A DNA stretch of 64,000 bases. Source: Antedon mediterranea. Lineage: Eukaryota > Animalia > Echinodermata. Positions within the stretch are counted from its first letter, which is position 1. Every line of letters starts with the position of its first letter. The translations under genes were made by a program, and so were the position numbers. Under the pieces are notes generated by a model. That model had not been told where the DNA came from. It was given only the letters and a program-made list of their open reading frames with translations, and did no database searches. Shown here in pieces: positions 36,701 to 48,700 of the stretch. The stretch is taken from positions 19,341,648-19,405,647 of the forward strand of contig NC_092673.1 of assembly GCF_964355755.1 (NCBI RefSeq), written 5' to 3'.

Positions 36701-39700
36701 AATGTTTTACTGTATTTAGTGGTATATTATTTATAGGCCTATAAAACATTAAAAACAATATTTCGTTACTGAGTGGATAAGAATATATTTTAAAATGTTT
36801 CCTCTTTGTACCTATCTTCTTCCCCCATACCTCAACCCTTAATGTTACATACAAAACACAAATTGGGTTTGTTTAAATGAGTCCAAATAAAAAAATTTGA
36901 CTCATTTTGTTTCTCTCTCGGAAGTAATTCCCAGGGTGCTAATTTTAGCTGACTACATAAATCATCGTGTATATTTATTCGTTTCTGTAAACGACAATGT
37001 ATTATAGTCCTGCAGTACGTACATTTGAAATCTCCATTTTTTTCTCGCTGGAAAATACTGTGTATTTGAGAACCATCTGTAGGCACGGTCGACCTAGATA
37101 GTACGCGAGCGAAGCGAGCGTGCCATCTAGTCTATATATAATTTAACACAATTGTGATTAAAATGGGATTTCAGTAAGGAGAGAATTAGACGCTAATGTT
37201 ATTTAAAAAAAGCATTATTTCTGTGCAGTACTGTAAAAAAGGTAAAGTCGAAACCTAAGCTAATGCTAACGGCCGTGGTGCCCATCTCCATTTCCTTAGC
37301 GTTTGGGCCAGACTCCACTAAGTGTGTATGTTCGTGGGGGGTACGCCACTCCTCCCGCACAAACGAGTCTGATTTACCTTCCCAGTACTTTTTACATACC
37401 GGTACCCATTTCTATCACCTGGGTGGGGAGGAACAATGTGGATAAAGAATCTTGCTCAAGGACTCAACACTGCAGTGACCGAGCCGGGGCTTGAACCGAC
37501 AACCTCTTGATTGCAAGTCCAATGCTCTAACCACTGCGCCACAGTGCTCCAATAGTACTGTAAAAAGGCGAAAAAGTGTGCAACTAATAACAAATGGAGA
37601 GATTTTATTTATCATAAATAAAACAAACAGTTGATTGTTTCCATCCAAAATACTGTAATAATGGAATGGAGCTAGTTTGCAGATTTATGTGGCATGCTTG
37701 ATTGATGATTTTTTTTTTTAACTTTATTTACTCCAGATGTTTTAAAAATCTATTAAAATCTTGATTCAATTTTCAGATATTCCATCTGATATTGCTGCTC
37801 GTGAATTAGAGTATCAGGAAGCTTACAAGGAAGCTTTGAAAGGAGGATCTGTCGCAGTCAATCTTGGAATGCTTAAGGTGATTGGACAGGAAGGAGTGGG
37901 TAAAACATGCCTCATAAATGCCTGTCTTGGAAAGATGTAAGTAGTTGGACAGTAAAATTGAAATTACAAAATACATGTAGGTACTGCCTAATTATAACAA
38001 TAATAGATAATAGAATTAAATTTTAACATTGTTTTGTAATTTTAAATGAAAGATCATTTTAATTGTTGACTAAATAACTGATTTAAAATGTGTATTTTAT
38101 AAATAAAGACTATTGAAATAGTAACTACTGGTATCTATAATTAAAAAGAGAAAATTTAATTTTACAGCACTAAAAATGAATGACATTCATTGTTGGTTTC
38201 AAATTATTATATTATTATTATATGTATCTCAGATTTGAGGAAGAACATAAAGTTACAGATGGCATAGCAGTGATAAGGACTGTAAGCACAACATGGACAG
38301 AGGCTAAAGCTGATAGTGGTAAACATGAATACAAATTAGCATATTACTCTTCCCATCATCATAGTCAATGTAACAATATTTATCTTTGATCTCATTATCA
38401 TAGACACAAACAGGCCCACATGGAGACATAGAATGGAATTCAATAAATGCATACAACTGTAGTATGGTGTCAACAGTCATATTTTCACATACATTACAAT
38501 TGTTACTTTATGATCCCTTAACATGCAATCTATTGTTTGTTGATGTACTGTAATTGTAATTTTACATTAAATAATCAATCAGTTAAAGTATTGTCACCTA
38601 TTAATGTATCTGCTGAAATAATACATACAAATGTCTTTTTTCTGTACAGGTAATCCTTCAAAACAGTATACAAAAATCGTCACTGACAAACTGAGAGAAA
38701 AGAAAACCAAAGACGTATGTCAGTGTAATGAAAACATAAAATGAATAAAGTAGCACCTACAGGACTATTGCAAACCAGACACTTACGCACGTATTCTTAA
38801 ACCGGACTGTAGTCGTAGTTCTAGCTAAAACTAAAAAAATGACGTCATTTTAATTCATAAACCGAACTTCAACTAAATCACCGACTAAATCAGGCCAACC
38901 TCGACTAAATCGAGACGGATTTTGATCGATTTTTTTAGTCCTGGAGGGGGCAGGCTAAATGGTCGACTAAATGGTTTTTAAACGATGTTTATAAAAAACG
39001 TAACAGTCATTGAGTTGTTATATTGGCCAGATATTGAAGAATGAAATATCTATATTTATATTAGCTTAATTAAATATACATTGGTATAAGTTATAATAAT
39101 GAAAATCATCTTTATTTACAACTGTATACAAATTACATTATTTTCTTCGCGCAAGTCCGACTTGAACTACGTCACGCCATAGCGACAATGGGAGATGCGG
39201 CAATTCACCACGCGATGGAATGTTTAGGGGGCCTAGCGCTTTCTTGTCACGCTAGGAAGTGCGTGGTTCGTCGCGATCATACTTTGTTGGAGGCCTAGAA
39301 AATATGAAAGTTACCGTACCGCCATGGTTCCTAAATATATTTTAAAGATTTTGTTTGTTGTTAATCAAAAGTACTTCACTGTTAAATTAATACTGATCTT
39401 GTTCTAATAATTAACGATTAAAATTATTTTTCATGTATAGTCCTGATGCGTAAAAAGTTTTGTAAGAAAATGGAAAGTGATATCAATGCGCAAAATTTCG
39501 TCTGCTCCTCAAATACTCTCTTGTCATTGGCCAATGTTTAGCCTTTGTTACCCAGACGTGTGCAACTCGACTAAAAGCTCGACTTCATTAAGTCGAACTG
39601 CAAACTTCGACTACTTCGTTTTTTAATCGAATTTTAAGTAATAGCTCGAACTACGACTTTTTCAAGTCGAACTTCGAACTACGACTAAAGTCCGGTTTAA

Positions 39701-42700
39701 GAATACGGGCGTAAGGGTTTCTTTCTAAATGAATCAATGAGGCATTATGATTCTTTTTCAATCATTTTATAATCCAATTTACTTAAAAAATTAAGTTGAT
39801 TTTGCTTTTGAGAGTAAATAATATTAGTTTTCTCTTATATTAAATTGTAAACAATACTGTATTTAACTTTGAATAAACATTTGTTTCTTTTTTATATCCA
39901 TTTATTTTTTTTTTATGTGTCAGATTGACATGAAACCACCTATAGATGATGAGGATGGTATTGTTGTTGATGACAACAATGGTGATTACAAAAATGATGG
40001 TATGTAACTTTCCATTAAATTCTAATTATTATTATTATATATTACATAGCCTATGTAAATACGCGAACGTGATTGGTTGAAACTGCATCACATGACTACC
40101 GCTGCGAGGATAGTAAATCGTATATATCCTCGAGAACGATGATATTGACTGAGTAATTTTCCCGTAATTATCGTGTCCCCTGTCATTAATCATATAAATT
40201 ATCGAGTACGATGATATTGACTGTGTAATTTTTGTGTGCAACATTCGCGTTTGCCGATAAATAAACAAAACTATTTAAACTATGCATACATAGCGCCCTC
40301 ATTTATTTTTAGTCCTCCCAAGAGGTGATGAAACACCGTTTGTGATTGGTTAATACTCACAGTAGTATCGGGTACGCGCGCGACGCACTGAACATCTGGT
40401 GATGATTCGACTCGAAAGAAGACGAATTATTATTTATTCGGCCTACCTGATAATATTATTATTATTAATGTAGGCTTATTGATGGAAATTCTTCTGTTAT
40501 TATTTAAACGACCTAGGCTAGTGAATATGTTATTGTCAAGGAATCATTAATTAGTAATTATCTGTATATTATTCTTCGAAAGGTAAGGTGTCTGGGCAGC
40601 TTGTTTACATACAATACAAAAAGGAGGCCTACCTAGCCTAGCTACCCGACCCAGCAGATATTCTACTTATTGTAATATATATATTATATCGGTAAAATAT
40701 AAGATTAGACATCCCCTCGGGAATGATATTAAGTTCTTGGGAATTATATATTTCCCTCAGCTGGCGCTTCGGGAAATATATATTCCCTCGAACATAATAA
40801 TATTCCCTCAGGGATGTCTAATCTTATATTTAGCCTCTAAGCAGTCAATATCTGTATAATATTACATTTTTTGTAGTCAAAACACTAATTTGCAATTATC
40901 TGTTTGCAATTTCTGTCATATTAAGTTTGTGCTGTAGTTATTTGAAACAGATTATTAATTAGATTTTCCAATTTAAAGTAACTTTTAATTTTTCTATAAA
41001 ATTATTAAATTTATGTGATCAGAGTTGGAGGTAAAGCAACCTATCAAGTGTAACAATTATGGTGACATACTTTTCTACCTCTACTCTGACTATAATGATG
41101 ACAACAATGATGACGACTCGGTGTAACAATGATTATGAAGACTGCAATGATGATAATGACAACAATGATGATGACTCGGTGTAACAATGATTATGAAGAC
41201 TGCAATGATGACAACAATGATGACGACTCGGTGTAACAATGATTATGAAGACTGCAATGATGACAACAATGATGACGACTCGGTGTAACAATGATAATGA
41301 TAATGAAGACTGCAATGATGATAATGACAACAATGATGACGACTCGGTGTAACAATGATTATGAAGACTGCAATGATGATAATGACAACAATGATGACGA
41401 CAATGATGACGACTCGGTGTAACAATGATTATGAAGACTGCAATGATGATAATGACAACAATGATGATGACTCGGTGTAACAATGATTATGAAGACTGCA
41501 ATGATGATAATGACAACAATGATGATGACTCGGTGTAACAATGATTATGAAGACTGCAATGATGATAATGACAATTACAACAATGATGATAATCAGAACA
41601 ACTATAACAATATGTTAATGACTTTTACAATGATTAAAATAATGATGCTTGTTTACATGTGTTGAGAGTGACCAAATTGTGTTTCCACTACAGATACTGA
41701 TAGAGCTACTGAAGCTATTCCATTTGATACAGATCAGCAGTTAGATAAAGATGTAATCAAGAAACTTGAGGAAAAAAAGGAGGTCCCATTGGAAGAAACA
41801 TTTAACATCTGGGATCATGGAGGTCAATTAATATACCATGGTATACATCGCGTAAGTTATAATATATGTATTTGCCTTGAAGTTAATATTATATTGAAAT
41901 TGTTTAAATACTTTGTACAGAGCCAGTTAAAAGAAAATGTCTCTGTATATACTAACATAATGGTATGACCAAGGTTTAATTTGTTCATTCAGTAATCGCA
42001 AAATTCTTTCCATGGTACTGCTTTATATAAATTGGTATTACAAATTTTGCCTACGTCAACAAAAAAAGTATTTTCAGTAACTGTTTTCAATCACTGATTT
42101 TAACAGTGTTATATGAATTTGTACTAGAAAAATGCTTTAATAAAAAGAGTATCAATAGTAAATGTATAAACACAGTTTATAAAAAGACAAATAAAATGAT
42201 ACTTATTTATTAAGCCTTAAAGCATATTAATCAAATATTTGAATAAAAACAAATTGTGTTTTTGCAGATGTTCATGACATTACAAGCACTTTATATTGTA
42301 GTGTTCGACCTAAGTGTAGACCTCAATGATCCTGCTGTTTATATTGATTCCAATGGAGTAAGTATTTTGCTATATATTTTATGCATTACAAAGAGTTTTA
42401 TTTCATACCTTCCAAATGAGCTGCATACATTTACATATTTGAAACCTAACCGTTTTGATTTTAATTGTGGTTAGAAATCATTTACTTCTTCATTTCATTT
42501 TTAATTGAACAAAGATAAATGTTTTTTAAACTAATCTTTTTTTTTTGACAGGAAATGTATCAACATCATTGGACCAATCTCCAGTTCATATTATCTTACA
42601 TCCTGTCAGTTTATTCTCATAGTCGTATTGTGGAAGAAGATGAAGAGAATGAAGTTCACAAACCAACTATCCTTATTGTGGGTACACATAAGGGTAAGCT

Positions 42701-45700
42701 TGGTGAGACTGAAAAAGAACAAAATTATGAGGTTAATACTTACATTATTAAAATTAGCAATCAATCAAGTATACATTTCTGTTCTAAAAGCTAATGTAAA
42801 AAAACTAGCTACTAAGGTACTGTATCGAATACATTCATATCAAAAGTTTTTATATGAATGTATTCTATACAGTACTCTAATAGGACTTGAAGTATTTAGA
42901 TATTATTTATAAAAAAAAAACAGTTTTTACCCCATGTTTTCATTTATTTAAATTGTTTACAACCAGGCACAGAAGGCCTTTAAAAAGATTCGAGATGCAC
43001 TTAAACAGAAAGAGTTTATAAAACATGTGTTCCACGTATATTTTGCCGTTGAAAACAGCCAAGAAACTACAGATAAGAGCTTTAGTGATCTCAAACAAGT
43101 TATTGATGCACTTATGACTGCTTTAGAGAAAGAAGTTCCTTTAAAGTGGATGCGTTTTCGATGTGATCTACAAGATCTAAGGAGAAAAAAACATTTTTCT
43201 TTGTGTCCAGTTAAAGAGGTAAATTTAATTGGCATCATTCCTCAGTGTTTTGGTTTCAGAATAGAAATTTTTATTTTTTATTTATTTATTCAATTTTCTG
43301 CCATATACAATACAAAGAAAACAAAACAATTATAAAAGGAGGAAAGGAAAGACCAAACAGGTGCTAAACACCTATGCTAGTTGGTCAACCCAGAACATAC
43401 AGAGCACAGAAAGAAAGAGATAAATAAAAAAAATAATATTACGTCCTACAATTAAAGCATCTATAAAATATTTTGGAAATAGTAGTATTTAAAAAAGTAT
43501 AAACAAAAGACTCTACCCACTATTATATATAACTACAGTACTATATAATAATATTGATTATATTTTTTATTCACTGCTCTAAATCTGAATGGTAAAATAA
43601 TGTTAATGTAATATAATATAAAATATATAATCCTATCCATGCTGTTATGGTTTCCTATCTGAAAAAATCATGAGTATTTTTTATGGAATATTTGCATTGC
43701 AACACTAACAATGCATTCTGTGAGAAAAATTGCAGTTACGTTTCCCCCATCCTGAGAGTGACGTTTTCCTTCAGATCCAAAATTATACAGTACATGTTTT
43801 CAAGTAAATTTCAAAACATTTCAGGCGGTAAAGGACAAAACTAATGTTGGAAATGTATACCTACCTTTGGTTTAATATTTTTGATATTTTATTTGTATCT
43901 GAATTGTAAACAATTTTGTCTTTAGCTCAAAATGATGGCAAGTAAGAATGGTATTGCAGATGAAAAACAACAATCCTTTCTTCTTAACTTTTTGTACGAT
44001 CTTGGTGAAATTGTTTACAGGCCTGACAACAAATTATTGAAAGATAAAGCGGTGTTGGATCCGATGCAGCTGGTTGAAATTGTTACTACATTTGTGACGG
44101 TCGTTCCTCCCGAATTTCCAGTAAGTATTCTCATGAAAATGTTAATGCAGTGTTCTGTGAGGAAATAATAGAGGTACATGTGAATTCCTATAGGTGCTAT
44201 AGTATCAAAAGCAATATCTGATAGTTTCATTAGTTTAACATTGAGGGGTATATTGTATATTAAATGTAAACCATGTTATTGCATCTACAAGTCTTTATAA
44301 AGGTAAAGGTAAAGGTATTCATATTTGTCCTCAAGCTTAACTGGAAACTGAGGAAATTCGGATTAGGCCCTCCACGGACCCACGGCAGCCAGCAGTGCAG
44401 CGCCTACCAGATTAGCACACCGGGAGACGATCCCCTACTCTTTTCGAATAGTGTACCAAGTTCTTTAACGTGCACCAAGTTCTTTAATGTGCATCCTTTC
44501 AGATTCTAAATTGTTTGATAACTTAATAAACACAACATTCTAAGTATGGCTAATTGGTGGTGTTTTTTAGCCGGCCATGTATATCGATGCATTTGATAAA
44601 CTTGACAAAGGCATACTGGAAGAAAAGTTGTTGCGAAAATTATGGAAAAAGCGTGAAGTTGATGACGGAAAGAATTTTGAGTTTCTTGTAGCACTGATGA
44701 TTCAATTAGGTTTTATTTGTGAAAGGAAGACAACCAGCAGCCAAGATGTGGCAAGTACATCTACAGTAGGTTTTGTTCAGTTATCTTTTCTAACATGTTT
44801 TGCATGCAAGATTGTGTAAACAAAAATTGTTTTGGTATGATACATAATTGTTGAAATTTTACAAAAATTTCAAAATATTTGTAAGGTTATGACATATTTT
44901 GGTTAAACATCCTGCTGAAAGATGTTTTTATCATATACAGGAAATGATCTTTACTTATTAAAAGAAATCTAAATGGGATTTTATAAATCAACAATTTCAG
45001 GAATCTGTTGGAAAGCGATCATTCTTTGTGCCACTACGCCTTGCTTTCAAGACATCAAGTGAAGTGAAACCAGTGTCTGATGATTCACAATCTATCAGTA
45101 TCTATTACGACTTTAAGGGATATCTGCCAGATGTATTGTTTCCATATATGATTATTGATTTCCTCAACAAATTTCAAAAGAAAGGTGTTGACCCAATACT
45201 CTTGTATAACCATGCTGAACTTTACTTCGATCAAGATCATAATGTGACCTTATCTCTTGTGAAATTTGTGACTATGGAGGATGAAAGAAAGTTCTTGTTA
45301 AAGGTACTGTATCATATAATTTGTTGTGAATAAATCATAATTTAATCTAAGCATAAACTCAAATTAAAATATCAAAGCATCACTTTTCTTCTTTTTTCCA
45401 GGTGACTATTAAAAGAACTCCTGCTTGTAATGAAACAAGTAATGATGAACCCTCTTCTGAAGCATGTCAAGAGGTTTGTTATCATTTCATATATGCAAGG
45501 GCGGATCTAAATTTTCAAGGTGCCCTTTTTCAGAGGTTCAATATTTTAATCGTGTGACATATGTGGCAAATTCCATTTACCATGTCTCCGACCTTTAAGA
45601 GGGAGTGTGGCCTAAAATGGTTCAAATACTTAGGCTCGGAAGTGCCCTTTTCTTCTGGGAGGTAAACATTTGAGGCATGTAACATTTTGATAGTGATAAT

Positions 45701-48700
45701 TCAGATTTGTATTTTAGATAGTTATTCTATTTCTTATTGGTTTAATTATCTCTTTTATTGTATTGTACATTTTAAGAATTTTGTGCTGCTTATTCAAAAG
45801 TTGCTACATTGTGTGTTTTTATTGTCATATTGTATTTGTAGGTTTTGTTAACAATCCAGAAGTCATTTGAACCTTCTAAAGATGGTGGTAGAAGAGGCAT
45901 TCAATATGAGAGATGCATACTTTGTGGTGTATGTAGTGATAATACATCAGAAAAGAAGCACATTCAAAATCTTGATGACTTCCAATACGAGAAGTTGACA
46001 TGCACCAAAACTGACAAGTCTGTTACGATGGATGTTAGACGTTACCAGCGGCTATTTGGAGGTAAGAGTAATATAGATACAAGTTTATTTTCATTTATTT
46101 ATTTGACCAAAAAAACAATAAACTGAATGACCAATATGATTATTATGTAATGTAATTACTATCAGAATCATTATTGATAATCTATACATTGTTACAACAT
46201 GCTGCTATTAGCTGTGATATCTTCATTCCTCTTACCAGTAGTAGTACTATTAGAATCATTATTGATAATCTATACATTGTTACAACATGCTGCTATTAGC
46301 TGTGATATCTTCATTCCTCTTACCAGTAGTAGTACTATCAGAATCATTATTGATAATCTATACATTGTTACAACATGCTGCTATTAGCTGTGATATCTTC
46401 ATTCCTCTTACCAGTAGTAGTACTATCAGAATCATTATTGATAATCTATACATTGTTACAACATGCTGCTATTAGCTGTGATATCTTCATTCCTCTTACC
46501 AGTAGTAGTACTAGTAGAATCATTATTGATAATCTCTACTTACAGTAGTTAAAATATTAAAATACTGTATTAACAATCTATTTGTTAATGTCAAGATATT
46601 TAAAATTCAAAAATGTGAATGTTGGAGGTTCAATATTATAAAAATATTTATTTTTTTTATTTGACAAGAGTTTAATATGTTGGCTGTTAATGAATCTCAT
46701 TAGGATGCAATACAAGAATGTAGGCACAACAAGTAATTTGACCAATGGCAAGTGAATAAGCTCAGATGAGCTGTGCATTGCATCTTGGTGTGCATCCATG
46801 AGATACTTTGCTGGACCCAATGGTGTCCACTTACAGGAGGTTCAACTAATATTTTTTATTTTATTTGCAGATGAAACAGAAAGAAAAAGGAGAAATTCAG
46901 ATGAAGGTCAATTGATTGAAATAAGTAGATAAATTTTGCAAAATGTTGTACTTTTATGGACTCAATGATATTTAATTATAATAAAGTATTTGCCTTTGTT
47001 AATGCTGTGCTGCCCTCAATGACGATTGTTTGGATCTCTAGGATGCAACACAAGAACGTAGGCACAACAATAGTAATTTGACCAATGACAAGTATTAAGG
47101 ATTGGATAAGCTCAGATGAGCTGTCGCTTGTTGTAGATTACCCGCATAGCAATTTGATCTTTGTGTCTCAAGTGATTATAGTTAAACATGGTATGCAGTG
47201 CTCCTCCCCTCCCTTAACAAACACTCAATTGATACTATCAGCTGAATCTGTCATAAGTAGGCACTTTTATAAGCAGATACTTTTCTGGACCCAATGGTGT
47301 CCACTTACAGAAGGTTCAACTAGTGTAATATTTTTCATTTTATTTGCAGATGAAATTGGAAAGGGAAGAAAAAGAAGAAAAAGAGACCAAGGTGATTGAA
47401 ATATTACATATCAGATAAATAGATTATTTAAAAAAAAATTTAAATTGTAACTATGTTTTACTTTTATGAATGATAATTAACTAGTATTATAACATGGGTT
47501 CAAAGATGTATAGTAGCCAATCAGATGCGCTGAAATGAATCACATGGCGCTCTTTATTTTTTCACTATCATGCGATCACTGAAGTGGAAAAAGTTCCCAG
47601 CAAAAAAGCATAATACCACTGCGTGTAAACAAAGAATATATATCACAAGAATGAGTAATCCGCGATTTTCCCTGAACAGTAATATTGTCCATGTGGTAGG
47701 GCGCCGCCATAAGTGTGGATGTATCTGGGATGTATACAACTTTTTGTGAAGGTTTCACCATGGAGGTATACCTCCATGGTTTCACTAAATGCTGGACCAC
47801 CGGAGTATTTTCCGATGATAAAAATGTTATCAACTACATGCCAACATCATGTTAAATACTATTTGAATATTTAATTGTTCGTTTTATGCAATTTATTTAG
47901 TAAAAACTGCCGTATAAACAGTTTGATTTATCAACCGGGCGCTACGATAGCGTGACCGGGCGTGTTGGTGTTTACACGTTTTCACGAAGGATAGTTTAAT
48001 AATATTCCTATACTTAACTTGTTTCTGGTAAAACAAATAAATGTTAATGACATTTAACATTTTCTCCTATTAATAACATGTGTTTTATACTAATTTATAT
48101 CATAAAAACAATACTTAATTTACCGGGCGTACAGTAGTACACGGCAATTGTAAAGAATAGGCCGTGCTGAGTAATATTCGTTGATTTTTGGTGTTGCTGT
48201 GTTAGGCCTTTTTTGTGAACTAACTTAGCATGTTAGTAAATAATTGTCTGTAAAAGTGAATAAACACTAGTTTGTTAATAAATATGTATTATAAAATAGT
48301 TTACAATTGCAAAAACTATCATCATAATTCTATTTAATGTGACATGTATCATGTCTATTAAATCAAGTCTTATTTAGTATGTATACATCCGCCCTTATGA
48401 GGGCGGGCATCACTCACTGGAGCTCTCTGTTACAAATTTCTCATGCAAAAATCGCGGAATACTCATTCTTGTGATATATATTCTTTGGTGTAAATCATAT
48501 GGCAGAGATTACCGATCGTGCTAGGCATTGTACCATTTTCTAGGCTAGGCGGTGATTTGGTCGGCAAGCAAAGTGGTGATTGCTGCTCCTTAGGCCTTGT
48601 CGGTGATTTGGTCGCCGAGCAGAGTGGTGATAATAATTCATAGACCCATGTTGTAAAACAAATAACAATTCTAAGTTTGTGCATTACTGGAGATGCAACG

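Noticed and set aside
41133-41665. Hydrophobic/His-rich ORFs (MLHRVIIIV...) and similar ORFs at 19655-19855, 46199-46475 and 52235-52486
   Set aside because: These are translations of minisatellites with no splice or domain support.
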